A stretch of 64,000 nt of DNA. It comes from Marsupella aquatica. Taxonomy: Eukaryota > Plantae > Marchantiophyta. Position numbers and translations under genes: made by a program. The notes below the pieces were generated by a model, which ran no database searches, had not been told where the DNA came from, and saw nothing but the letters and a program-made list of their open reading frames with translations. The DNA lies in NCBI GenBank assembly GCA_973895155.1, contig OZ316896.1:5027925-5091924 (forward strand), read 5' to 3'. Of the stretch, positions 24,260-36,230 are shown piece by piece (positions within the stretch are counted from its first letter, which is position 1; every line of letters starts with the position of its first letter).

Positions 24260-24512
24260 CTAAGGATTTTCTTTTCGCGCTAAGCTGGTGAGTATTACTT
24301 TGAGTGAGGGAGACAATGTTAAAAATATTCCTTATCTAATTTTCCTGCATTTATATCTGATTGTTAGATCTCCCTAAATTGGACAACCATAAGATTCTGG
24401 CTAAGCATCTGTGACTAGGTTTGAAATTGGTTCATCCGAGACAAACTAACCCAGCAAATTAATACTCTCGGTGAAATTTGGCAAACTTTTGCCACTAAAA
24501 GAAACTTTAAAT
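24260..24512 (+). mobile_element. Dispersed ~250-bp MITE-like repeat, copy C
   Basis: TAAGGATTTTCTTTTCGCGCTA...TAGATCTCCCTAAA...AGATTCTGGCT...GGTGAAATTTGGCAAACTTTTGCCACTAAAA. Confidence 0.7.
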
Positions 24513-27500
24513 CCTTCCCAATGGAGAGACCGTACTATCACTAAAAGAATCAATAGCTATATAAGGTAAGCTTGATTAGGATATATCATGCATCCAACCA
24601 CAAATAACAAGGGGATGGTTATCACCAGAATTCATAGCATTATTATTTATGAAGATGATTTATTGTGGCCTCCATTTAGTCACGCATAATTGTGGTGGAC
24701 TTGTGTCAAAGAACTACAAGGGGACGTTGAAAACGGTCTACTCATTGAAGAAGAGAAGGAATGGCACTCTAATATCATCATCCCAATCATCGCCCACCGA
24801 CGAGGAAACCAACCTCCATCATAAAGCTGTGGTACGACTTTACCAAGGAGACACTCTACGCACTCTCCTGAATGATGATAACGTGGAATTAGTTACTTTG
24901 TCTGTTTATGAAGGAGGAAAAAAGGCGCCACTATAATCTGGAATATATTGCAAAGCTACAGTACTTATGTTTGGTTACCATTTTTAATTTTATTCCTGGT
25001 GGGGGTGGGAGAAGCAAGGATCCCAAAGAATACAATAATAGGGAAAGAAAACCACCAGAGCGCCTCCCCCCCTCTTTTGTAGCTACCAACTTCTCCCCTC
25101 TTTCTTTGAATGGTACTTTCCAACTTTAGGCTTGTGTAAATCCCTTACTGGTACTCAAACTTTTCAATTTAATGGTAGTTTCTGGCTGTCCTTGAATATG
25201 TTTCAATTTGGGAGGTATTTGATTGATCGACCCCCAAAATGAAACTTGTTTAGGGTATCCAGATCTGAAATCGAAGGGTCCATCAATGGTCCAGATTGGG
25301 GAAAAGTATCGAGAAGGTTGATTAAGCAAACTCTTTCCAGAAGGGGGTCTACTAAGCATATCCCTCTTCAATTTAGAATCAACAAGAATTCATTGGCAAG
25401 TATCACTAATTGAAGCCCCTCAGTTTTTTAAGGGCCTTCCAGTTTTGTGGAGACAAGTATTTTCTTTTGCAAGTAAATGAGAGGGGAATCCTGTCCAAGA
25501 CTTTGACTGAAATCCCTCAACTGTATACTGACAGCGTGCACTCATAAAAATTAAAATTAAGACAGCCAAGCACTGACCTCCCATACATCAATCAAGTTCA
25601 ATAACGAATTGAAAAGCGTCACCATTTTGTGGACAGAAATCATGAAGCAATCATCTAAGAGTGTACGTAAGGAGGTAAAAAGCTGTAAAACGGTCCAAAA
25701 CGAAGACCCAAGAGACTGAAGTCAAGCAATTTATGAGCACTTAAGTCAAACGTTAGGTCCCGTAATTCATTATTTTTACCCCGCCCCCCATATGTAAGCA
25801 AATGAATATTGTCAACAGAAGGTATTGGCAGTAGACGTGAAAAGAATTGATTGGCCAACAATGATTGAAATTCTGTGTGCAAAAGCATGTTAAAACTGTT
25901 GAGTCTGTTTGTTAGGACTCAAATGTTTGACTCAAATTGTCCATCTCTAAAACCTGGATCCACCAGGTTTCTAGCTAGAGAACCGTAAATGGTGGTATAG
26001 TTGACGTAAGAGTGTCCTAGACAAAGGGGAGCGAATGAGGTGTCTGGATTCTGGCATTTCTTTGCTATGCATGGCCAGTGGCGGTTTAACTGCTACAGTT
26101 GGAATTCTTTATGAATCTACACCATGTGACAAGATCAACCAAAGGGATCTGCACGCATTCTTTACTTTACTGTATTGTTTGTATGTGTGTTGTACTTCAG
26201 TAGTGACTCAAACCTGAAACCTGTTTCTCTCCATCAGCTTGGTTGGACCAATTTCAAGGCGTTTGAGGGGTTTCCTTGACACACTCCAATCCATTTCTTT
26301 AGTGTCTGATGAATGACATGCATGCTTAACTTTTTAAGAGTATAACTTTTTAATGGAATGTCGCAGAAGGGTGTAGGCATACGTGGCTATATTAATCATT
26401 GGAATAGCTGTAGAGGCTTCATGGGAAACTCATTTATAACAGCGCCTTCGGTCTCTTATAATTATAGTCTGCCTGGCTGCCCATTTCCATTTAGGTGATA
26501 GGGGAATGATCTCCAATCTTTGAAAGTGTTAAGTCTTGTGTGTGCAAAATGCTTTGATAAACTCCACTTTGGGAAGTGGGTTTGTGAAAGAATAGGTAGA
26601 CTTATGCGCCTCCCCATTCTGAGTAGAATGATACTGTACATTGTGTTATCTAGCTTTTGGCTCCCGTATGTTTGTGTGTGAGGGTTAGTTATCCTTTGTG
26701 GTGAGTCTAGTCCATCTTTCAATGTAATCTCTTTGTCAATCAAAAAACAATGAGTACCAACAACACATCCACAATGTCTGAATTTATATGTCAAGTCAAA
26801 TGCACCTTGTGTTTCAAGGAATCTGCATCATACACATACAGTTTGGCCACCACACCATAGCTTGTGCTCAAAAAGTTCAGCATCAAAATATGTCCTTTCA
26901 CGTCACCACAAAGTGATAACTATCCCTCATACATGAAACCCTAGTAAATTGCTCACATGGTACATATATGAAAGCCCTAAATCCTGGATAGCACAATGTA
27001 ATAATGTACGATCATACTACTCATAATTGCACGACTTAATTATATTCAATACAAAATATCCTTCATTTTGCGCCATAAGGAATTTATTATAGTCCATAAG
27101 CTTTATAAAATACTGGTCAAATTAGTTTTTTAGATCACAGGTGATTCCTACGGTTTTCGTAGTTGAATCCGCCAAAATTTTCGGGGCCTTACTGATTGAA
27201 AAGAATGCCCACTGAACCATGTGTTCTAGACTTGATCATTCTTCAAACACAATGTCCACAATCATCCAACTACAATAGCCGGGCTCTCTAATAGAAAAGG
27301 GTTTAGAAAGGGTGTAGTGTTTGAAAAAATCACTCATTCCTCAAAACTTTAAAATTTGTAAAATTTGGAACACAATGCTTGGTGGAAGCAAGTAGTAAGT
27401 ACTAATTTGGTTTCTTGGTTCAGTTTTCCTAGTCGCCTATCTCTCTTTCCTGATGACTGTTCCTCTCTTTTGGTTCCTTATACTTGAATCCATAGGTTAA

Positions 27501-27764
27501 ACGTTTAGATCCTAAACAGGGACCATTTTTAAAGGAATCTATAGAGACACAGAACAAAAAACTCTTTTACATACCAAATGGAAAGCAACTTCTCTCCTCC
27601 TCTCTCATAAGTATGCAAAGTTCTGGAGTTTGAAATGACTGGAAAACTTCACCTGGTCCAAGTTTAGACAAAAGAAAAACAATTACTTGCCTGTGTGCCC
27701 GGTCTTTTAGTCCGCCCAGCCATCAACAACATGTATTACTGAAGGCCTAATTGGACCTCCCTGT

Positions 27765-28615
27765 TTCATGAGATGCCTGGATGGACCAATGCAACCTAGA
27801 TGGACCACAAAAGAACCTTAGTTTGCTGTCCTCAAGAAGTACTGTTCTGTGTGTAAGAAAATCCACATTTGGGGGTGATAAAGCATGGCTACTTTTCGTT
27901 TGTAAGAAAATACACAATTTTGGGGTCCAAGTTTCTGGTTCATCTGGGTTGCAAGGCTCACATGAGCGGTCCATTTGAGCATCATTCTCAAAAATGTTCT
28001 CACATATGCCATAATTATTATTTTATTTTTCCCCGGAAATAGTAAGACAGCCACCGTTGACGAGATGCCTGGATAGACCCCGTGCAACCAAGATGGACCC
28101 ACAAGAAAACAGTTTCTACACTAAAAATATAGATTTTTTTATTTGAAAATCTACAATATTGCATATATTTTGTTTGAGTATATATCATATCAGGGTCAAA
28201 CTGTCTAGGTTAATACTTGTTAGGCAACTAATGCAAGATCTCCTGTTTTCTAATTTTAAGAGTTATAAATACATTGCAAAGTCGTTGCAAGGTTCACTGG
28301 AGTGGCTAATTTGAGGATCATTTACAGACATGTTTCCACGCAGGCCATAATTATATTTTAACCTTTCATTTCCCGGGAAAATTATGCCAGACATGATGAG
28401 ATCCCTGGATGGACCAGTGCAACCTAGGTGGACCACAAGAAACCTTTTCTGCACTCAAAAACTATTTTTAGTTTACCCGAAAACCAATAATATTGGAGTT
28501 AAATTGTCTGCTCCATCTGGGCTGAAAGGTTCACAGGAGCGGTTTATTTGAGCATAATTTTATGAACCGTTTTCACGCACGCCATAATTATTTAAAAAAC
28601 CTCATTCCCCGGGAA
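27765..28615. repeat. Three degenerate ~300-bp tandem units with internal inverted arms
   Basis: GAGAT(G/C)CCTGGAT(G/A)GACC..TGCAACC.AG.TGGACC.CAA occurs at ~27770, 28062 and 28398. Units end with GCCATAATTAT...CCCGG(G)AAA, and an internal CATCTGGGTTGCA is complementary to the left motif. Confidence 0.75.
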
Positions 28616-28654
28616 ACTTTAAGAGAGGCACCTGAAGACAAAATGGTCAGAGAC

Positions 28655-29030
28655 GTCAGTGTTTGCTCTACCCCCAGGCCGTTCGTCGCTTTCACGCCTG
28701 GGCCTGGTGCCCCGGCCCCGCGGCCCCCGCACGACATAAGAACACAGTACACTAAAACATACCGTTCGAAAGAACAATAAGAACAATACAGTGAGTGAAG
28801 GACGGCCGTCGCTGGTACCGTCGGGAGGCATCGGGTCCCGCCATAGGATATTCCGTGATTGAAAGAGCGGCGGGAGGCGACACCCGTGTAGCCCCTGCCC
28901 CCGAAGGCACGCACCCGCACGGGGGCGGGACGGCACGGCAAGGGCAACTGGCAAGGCGGGTGAGGGACTGAGGGTTGTTTCGCAGTGCGGATGGCAGATG
29001 AGTCAGTCGTGTTTGGGGCACCGTTGCACA
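28655..29030. promoter_or_regulatory. Isolated GC/CpG-rich island (putative distal regulatory element)
   Basis: Very high GC and CpG between AT-rich repeats, with an internal GAACAATAA repeat. Overlapping ORFs are low-complexity Pro/Arg/Gly artefacts. Confidence 0.35.
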
Positions 29031-29104
29031 AGCTGGATTTGGAGTAATTGTTTTCCTTCCTTTTCCGTTTATTAGGGGGTCCTGAAGAGACATTTCAGCC
29101 TATT

Positions 29105-29345
29105 TTTTAAGGTCTTCACTTTTTGGCCAGAGTGGGGAATGTCTTCCAGTGTGTGAAGGAGAAGATTCTCAAATTCCTTATCTGATTATTTTCCTGACCA
29201 TCAGATCCTTCTAGATTTAAGGATGACTTTTAGATTCTGGCTCATGGGGCCTATGATTAATAAAAATACTAGCAAAGTTTTGCCAAAAGTGGCAAAAGCT
29301 ATTTGGGGAGGTGAAATTTGGTCAATTTTTGCCACTAAAAAAATG
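29105..29345 (+). mobile_element. Dispersed ~250-bp MITE-like repeat, copy D
   Basis: CAGAGTGGGGAATGTC...AGATTCTGGCT...TTTTGCCAAAAGTGGC...GGTGAAATTTGGTCAATTTTTGCCACTAAAA. Confidence 0.7.
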
Positions 29346-30349
29346 ATGAGAGACATTAACTTTCATTTCTTTTGATGCACCGATTCTGGTCATCAGCTAA
29401 AAACTTCTGTGAAACTTCCATGCAACTTTAGTCCAGTGAAAACTTGGAAGGTCCGATAAGTTTTCTGGTGTCCTTTTGACCCTAACCCAACCTTTTCTCC
29501 CCAACCAACCCCATGAGGTTTTGGGTACAAGTCTATCAAGGTCTATCAAGGGTCTGGGTCACTCATGGGGTCCTTCAAGCACACACCTCACTCAAAGTTT
29601 TGATTCCTTTCCAAATTGTGACCTTGCTAAATTAACTGAGGTCATATTGTCAGTTAGGATGCACATCCCAAACGCGCCTGGGCATTGGTTTGAACACTCA
29701 TGCAAAGACGGTTATGGCTTAGTACCCCTCAAAAGTATTGTGAAAGTTTTCTCCAAAGATGCACAAAAGAACCATCAGACAAAACATCAGTATGCAGATA
29801 GGTTTATTAACTAGTGAGTTATGGACCTTAGAAATCAATGTTCCCTAACTTTTTGTTCTTAACATATATCCACGCATGGCAGTAAGAAAGCTCCATAGAC
29901 TGGGCACAAAAGAATTACATTTAAGCTGATGAAGAGAATGGAGTAGTATCATTCTGCACAATAAATAAACAGTTATTTAATTTTGGGCTAACCAGGTAAC
30001 CATGAGGTAACCTCTAGTTGAAATACAGGCAGCTGTGGTTTAATGAAAAAGGTGCCAAGCACCAAAGTGTATTCAAATCACTGCATTGGCCAAGGTCTGA
30101 GACCCACAAAGAGAATAAACAAGACCCCTATGGAACTCTTGCAAACAGGATCCACAGTGCCTTGCATCTCATGTAATGCCTAGTCGGACACCAAGTAATA
30201 GTGGTTTGTTTTTCTGTGAAGGAGTTGAGCCGTCACCTTGAGGATATGGATAGAGTTGGAACTCAAGGAGATTTGGACTCATTTGGTTCTTTTCCTTCAC
30301 AATATATCTTTGTATCATTGGCTGGCCCACAAAGGAGGCTAATCGCTGG

Positions 30350-31210
30350 AAAGTGCTGCTCGAATGGACCACAATGTCATCAATTTTGGTTGCTCTGTGG
30401 TCCACCAAGGTTTCTTTCTCAAAAATTTGGCAAAACTTTGTGAGCTAAAAATTCAGTCTATTCAAGTTATTTCGCAAACATTGTGATCAATCCAGGTTTA
30501 TTTTTAAAAAGTTTGGCAAGTATTTGCTAGCTAAATGATCTGTCACCAACACTTGGGAAGAGCAGGTAGGTCTGGTTTGTTTGCCTTGAGTTCCAAACAA
30601 TGTCTGGGTTGCAATGGTCCACTCAAGTCGTTTGGCAAACATGATTGTGATCAAACCAAGTTTCATTTTCAAAGTTTTGGCAAGTTAATGGTATCTAAAA
30701 TCAGTCACATACACTCAAGAAGAGTAAGTAGGGCAGGCGAGTCCAATTTGTTTGGCTGCAGTTCAAAACAGTATCTGGGTTGGAGTGGTCCATTCAAGTT
30801 ACTTTTCAAAAATTGTGATGTGTCTTATTTCATACTTTTGGCCAAATATCCACTATCCAACAAATCAGTCCATCCAAGTTATTTGTCAAACATTGTGGTC
30901 CAAGTTTCTCATTCAAAATTGTGGCCAAGATTCGCTATCTAAAAATCAGTTACAAACACTCAGGCAGGCAGGTCTTTTTTATTTGGACTGAGTTCAAAAC
31001 AATGTCTAAAATTTGTCCATCTGGGTTGCACTGCTCCATTCAAGTTATTTATCAAACATTGTGGTCCACCCAGGTTTCCATTCAAGTAACCTATCAACCA
31101 ATGTGGTTCATCCAGGTTTCCTGTTCAAACCTCCAGCCAATCTTCTCTATCCAAGAAATGAGTCACGAACACTCGGGAAGGGCAGGTAGGGCTGGCAGGT
31201 CTATTTTGTT
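30350..31210. repeat. Degenerate tandem array (~4 units, 170-250 bp) related to the 27.8-28.6 kb array
   Basis: Recurrent ACACTC.GGAAG.GCAGGTAGG, GTTC(A/C)AAACA..(G/A)TCTGGGTTGCA..GGTCCATTCAAGTT and CAAACATTGTG(G/A)TC motifs. Confidence 0.7.
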
Positions 31211-33108
31211 CGGCCGGGCGGGCAAGAAACGCCCGAACGAGCCGGGTTCGTGTCAGACGTCCTCTTCGCTGGGAGACTCTGATTGGCCGCCAGGTATGGT
31301 TTGGTTCCTCCGAGGTCCGGTCCTGTCCTGTCCTGTCGGGTCCGGTCCGGTCCGGTGCGGTGCGATGCGGTGCGGTCCCCGGGTGTGGGGACGGGTAGCC
31401 ACCAGCCCGTCCCGCTGCTCGGGACTGGACAGCACGTGCCGGACCGTTGGCCCTCGGGCCTTCGGATCCCAATGCATCGCTCTCCCGCGCTTAGCACAAG
31501 CGACTCTTCACACTACTAGAGTACTCTGTGTCCGATTCCATTGGGAAGGAGTGAAGGAGGAGTACTAACTGTGAGCTACTTCGTCTTCTTCTTGCTCTGT
31601 CGAGCTCCATCCTGCTCGAGCTGAAATCTAGAATTGTAGAGATGCAGCTGCATTGATGCTCGAGAGAGGCGACGTCGACTGTCTTCTTTGCTCCTGCCGT
31701 GCTACAGTGAAGTGGTGCCTCCTTCAGCTGACGGCGTGCCTGCCACCGGAGAGTCCGGGAGTTCGTTTGATCCAATAATAAGGCGAACTAGCTGAGCAAC
31801 TACTCGCGACTCGGCCGACGAGGAAGGAGAAGTGCGGAGTTTGGCAGGCAGAGCATTGGATTCGAGTCAGGTCGCTCTGCCCACTGGTGGTCCGTCTACA
31901 GCTCCTGTTGCTGCTGCTGCTGTGATCAGAGCTGAATCATCAGTCGCTCAGTCGGGGACGGATGCAACCGGGTTACGGTGCGGGGTGACTGTCGCGTGAG
32001 CCACAGACGAGGAGAAGAAGAGAGCATCGGATTCTGAGCTGTTGTGGGTGTTCTTGTTTCTGCCGATATTTTTTTGCTGCTGCTGCTCTGCCTCTCTGCC
32101 GCTAACACCGTAGGGAGCGGAGGACCTGGATTAAAATTTTTTGGCCAACAAACCTACGCCATTTAGTGTGGTGTGGTGTTGTGTAGCAAACGGTACAGTT
32201 TGCTTGCTCGTCGTCTCTTTTTAGCTCTTACTGCTGATTTAGTAGTAGTCCCTTCAGTTTGCTGCAACCATTTCCCAGTGCTGTGGCTTCAGATTTTGTG
32301 GATTTGCTCTTTTTCTTCTTCTTAGGCTGTTGCTGCTGCCACTTGTCTGCTGTTTCCTCTGAATCTCGAGGGGTGAAGTTTGAAAGCGTTACATTGCGTC
32401 ACACCTTGTCATAGTTTCTCCTGGACTTCGTTTTTAGTCAGCTGCCATTTAGTTCGCTTTCGAGCTCTTAATCGATGCTTTGAGTTTAGCCCGGGCCATT
32501 GACCTGCCCCACCTGCGTCGTTTCTCCTTCACAGAGCTGTTTGCGAATTTTCTGGCCAATTCCGTGTCTTCACGCAACAACAGAACCGAAGGTAGTTGCG
32601 CAACTTCGCAGCGAGTGGCTGAGCGAGCCACTTGAAAATTGGCACTGGAATTGTTTGAGCCGTTTCGAGCGAGCGTTGTCGCAGCACCCTCAGTCAGCCT
32701 TCGTTCCTTGCAGTCTGTTGTCTTGTACCGGAGGTTTTATGTTTTGAAGTTTGTCTTCTGAGGTTGCGAGCACGCCAAGATACAGCTGGGAGTGACAACT
32801 AAGAAGGTGCAATTGCTGGTTTTTGAATTGCAGGGCGTAAGTTGGAGACGATTCGGGCTTTTTTCAGTAGCGGCGGAAACGTAGTCCCAGGACAGCAGAA
32901 GAGGAGGGGCTCGGAGAAGTAAGGAGTTGGTATTGCTATCCCATATCTTGTGGGTAATTTTGGAGCAGACGAGACGAGTCTTTCATACGGAGTCGAGATG
33001 ATGTTCCAAGAAGTGACAGCCATGCATTCTGTTTAGAGGCAGCAAGCGTCGTTCTTGAAGGGAATTGATCAAGGAAGCCATTCAACAGCCTATCCGGCGG
33101 CTCTTGCG
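31200..33108 (+). promoter_or_regulatory. GC-rich promoter and inferred long 5' leader of the DUF688-like gene
   Basis: CpG island at 31200-31500 with a pentamer run (GTCCT)n(GTCCG)n(GTGCG)n at 31315-31378, then ~1.6 kb of CT/GCT-rich sequence with few ATGs leading to the CDS. The TSS cannot be determined. Confidence 0.5.
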
Positions 33109-34824
33109 ATGAGTTCACCGGCATTGGAGCTCTCTATTCTGAAGCTGACGTCTCCGAGAAAGAGGCTGGGACATTCAGGCCGGTTCTCGGTCGATAGTGA
33201 CCTGACACAGCAGCACGGGACGAGCAACAGCCCCAGGGGAAAGGCAACTGGGGCGAACAGCACCGCCGCCGCTCCCTGGTTCGCGGATGATGATTTGTTC
33301 ACCATCTTCGAGCAGCACCAGCCCCGCGCTGCAATTCCTTTCAAGTGGGAGGCACGTCCTGGGACTTGCAGAGATCAAAGACCATTTAAAGATGCAGCAG
33401 CTTTCAGGATTTTGAAGAAGGAGACGTCGTTTACAGAATCACAGTCTTCAAAGGATGGGATGTCGGACTCAGAAGAGCAGGACAATTCGTCATCATCCTC
33501 ATTCACATTCTCTCTATCGCCGAGCGGCAGTACCAAGAGTACAACCAGTAGCAGCAGCAGGAGCTCTATGAGTCTACCGGACGAGTCTCAGGATGTGGTG
33601 GGTCAGGCCAATACGTCAAAGCTTCAGATCGTTCCAATTCAAATCCCATCAGCAACCTTTACAGAAGACAACGGCAGCGATGCTGAAGGCAACGACGACA
33701 GCTTCGACAAAATTTTCGTGAATGAAGGCAGGAAGTTGGTCGATGATACTGTCATTCGCAAGACTGGGCAACTCATGCCACTCAAGCCACCGCCGGGAAT
33801 GCACTCTATCAAGCAGCTCCTGTCCCTGGAGGGTGAGGACCGCAGCATGACCATGTCTTGCTTTAGCACTCGGTCCGTCAACAACCTTATCAGCAGCAGC
33901 ACCGCCCATAACGGTAGTGCTATTACCAACCTCAAGTCGCACCAGCGTCGTTCTTTCCGGCGAGATGGACTGAAGGCTCTGCCCTTCGTGTCGTCTACTC
34001 CGAAACACCAGAGTGACGACTTCTTGAATAACATGCTGGGGATGGAGGAGTGGTCGAAGGTTGTGAAGAAGCAAGAGAAGCAGGAGAGACATCAGCAGCA
34101 GGAAGAATCTGTGGAGACTAGAGGCCATCACAGAGCATTGTCCATGCCTCGGTTGACCTTGCCGTTCAAGAAGAAATCAACGGACACAGACAGCGGCAGC
34201 AACGATATCCTGGATGCCGATACTATCTTCAACGAAGATTTCGGCAAGAAGGGTGGGTTGAGGGAGCGGAGGCCTCTCTCATCTGTGAGCTCACGAAGCT
34301 TTTCAGATGTGTATAAATCCTCCAAATCCAAGAACTGGGTCTTTGACAACGACGCTGAATACTCCGACGGCGAGACAGATGTGCGGGATGAATTCTTTGA
34401 CGACCACATGATTGCCGAGGAGGATGATAAAGAACAGGTGCAGAACATCGCAAAGAACCTTGATGTTTCTGTGACTATTATGCAGGTTGGGGCAAAAGAG
34501 ACAAGGAAGAGCGACGCTCTCAATCGGTTGAGGCGCATCTTCAATCTCACTAGCAGTAGCAGCAGTGGAGATCAGTACGCAGTATCCCATCATAAGCCTG
34601 CTCGGTTATCTTCCGTTTCTCCAGCTCCTCTTCCTCTGGCTCCAACTCAAAGTGAGCTTAGACTGAAGAAAGTCTCACACAACAAGCAGGTATCTAAGAC
34701 CGTCTCGTCTAGCCCAATTCTCAAGTTTTGCAGTGCCCTCCCGTTCGGAAACGCTATACTCAAGAACGTCAGGCAACTTCGGTCGTTCGAATTTCATACC
34801 CCTCGTGCCTTCAATTCCAAGTAA
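33109..34824 (+). CDS. Single-exon Ser-rich plant protein with DUF688-like motif, 571 aa
   Basis: Long uninterrupted ORF with first ATG at 33109 (MSSPALELS...). It carries AAIPFKWEARPGT (P-F-x-W-E-x-x-P-G, typical of DUF688-type plant proteins) and LKPPPG; the rest is low-complexity and probably disordered. Confidence 0.85.
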   Translation: MSSPALELSILKLTSPRKRLGHSGRFSVDSDLTQQHGTSNSPRGKATGANSTAAAPWFADDDLFTIFEQHQPRAAIPFKWEARPGTCRDQRPFKDAAAFRILKKETSFTESQSSKDGMSDSEEQDNSSSSSFTFSLSPSGSTKSTTSSSSRSSMSLPDESQDVVGQANTSKLQIVPIQIPSATFTEDNGSDAEGNDDSFDKIFVNEGRKLVDDTVIRKTGQLMPLKPPPGMHSIKQLLSLEGEDRSMTMSCFSTRSVNNLISSSTAHNGSAITNLKSHQRRSFRRDGLKALPFVSSTPKHQSDDFLNNMLGMEEWSKVVKKQEKQERHQQQEESVETRGHHRALSMPRLTLPFKKKSTDTDSGSNDILDADTIFNEDFGKKGGLRERRPLSSVSSRSFSDVYKSSKSKNWVFDNDAEYSDGETDVRDEFFDDHMIAEEDDKEQVQNIAKNLDVSVTIMQVGAKETRKSDALNRLRRIFNLTSSSSSGDQYAVSHHKPARLSSVSPAPLPLAPTQSELRLKKVSHNKQVSKTVSSSPILKFCSALPFGNAILKNVRQLRSFEFHTPRAFNSK

Positions 34825-36051
34825 AATCCAGGTTATTGTCCGTTCATGGCAGTAGCTGTCGTGATTTTCAAGCCTTCACAATTTTTTTGTCACATGAGTT
34901 AGTCGTAGGATCCCCCATTTGTTTGCCTGTCTGCGTCTGCCTGTCTGCCATCATGTATTTTTTCCTTTCGTTTGTATAGCCATGGCACATTCACGAAATG
35001 GAAACCTAGCCCAAGTCCTAGTCCAATGATCCCATAGCGGCGTACTCTGCCGTTTCTCCACCTTCTTGTGTTCCCGTTTACAGTCAAAGGGGTCTGAATA
35101 CAGAATTCTTCAGATAGCATCCAGAGTGTGATAGATAGATGTAGAATTCCGGTGGACAATGAAAGAAATGTTGTTGTAAAGGCCGTTCTGTTCAGTAGGT
35201 TATCGCCGAAGGAAGCCAAGCCAGATTTGCCTTGCTATCACCTGGTGGATAGTTCTGTGAAGAATTGGGGATTAAGCTCGTTGAGAGTAGTGTAGGCTGA
35301 GGAAGAAACCTCGAACGACGGCGACCATGTTGTAAATGTAAGCTGGATTTCTGAACTACCAGCATTGCATAGCATGCTACTATCCTGCTCATTGAGTCAA
35401 GGCGACCGCCACAATAAATTTCCTAGCGCAAGAGAGGGGTAAAAGGAGGAAATGTCATGTCAAGCTCGGGACACGAATAAGCTAGGCCTACAGAACTTAG
35501 CGATTTTCTTGCAAGTTGAGTAAGGGTCGAAATGTCACTACCGCCGGCTCTGTAGATCCCTTCCCTGGACTTCAGAAGATAATTTGGTATTGTTAAGACT
35601 GTCACCGATTATGAGCATCTGAAATAAAGTGCAGATTTTTTGTAAACTTCTTAATCTTCGTGGATGCCACTGACTCTATTTGCCATTCTTAGTGTGCATC
35701 TTGACTGATGACAATGTTAACGTGATATTCATCGCCATACTTCCGTGAAAGTGCTGGCGTGACTACTTTTGAACAGCAATGTTGAAAACCAACCAGTGGA
35801 GACTCTCTGAACAAGCAGCAGCCATTGGAAGCAGTCTCCGGCTTTGAGATGTTTTAAACACAACGGTTGCATTAAAGTGTAGGATGGCCCTTCTTTGATT
35901 CTCCGACAGCAGCAGGTCTGATTTCGGTTGTGCAAATTAAACGCCTGCAATACCAGCCAAACGTGGTAATTCGTGGGGTTGGGGTGTCCTTATTTAGCTT
36001 GTATTCTGACGAAATCAGATTTGATACTGTTGAAGAGTACGGTTGTCAACC

Positions 36052-36230
36052 TGTGTGAATTGATGGTAATCGAATTATCCCACGAGGTTGACTCAATTCA
36101 ATCCAACTTTGAGACAGGTGACCAGAACAAGATAATGTGTGAATTGATGATAATTGAATCATCCCACTAGGTTGACTAAATGGTGAAATCCAATTTCGAG
36201 ACAGGTGACCAGAAATAGATATCGTGTGAG
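36052..36230. repeat. ~85-bp direct tandem duplication
   Basis: TGTGTGAATTGATG.TAAT.GAAT.ATCCCAC.AGGTTGACT...GAGACAGGTGACCAGAA occurs twice. Confidence 0.85.

Noticed and set aside
25280-25505. Possible LINE ORF1 remnant (FKGLPVLWRQVFSFASK..GNPVQD)
   Set aside because: The resemblance is too short and no RT or endonuclease remnant was recognised nearby.
28588-29093. Three overlapping minus-strand ORFs in the GC island
   Set aside because: Stop-codon scarcity from high GC explains them; the products are low-complexity.
30921-31568. 215-aa ORF and overlapping antisense ORFs
   Set aside because: They run through degenerate repeats and the GC-rich pentamer tract, giving a low-complexity product with no family motif.
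32243-32262. Possible miR319/159 target site (TCCCTTCAGT) in the leader
   Set aside because: Only a 10-nt core matches; there are several wobbles or mismatches at the miRNA 5' end and poor 3' pairing.
33055-33108. ORF-track start of the 589-aa ORF
   Set aside because: It is a TTG; in a nuclear plant gene the first ATG (33109) is the likelier start.
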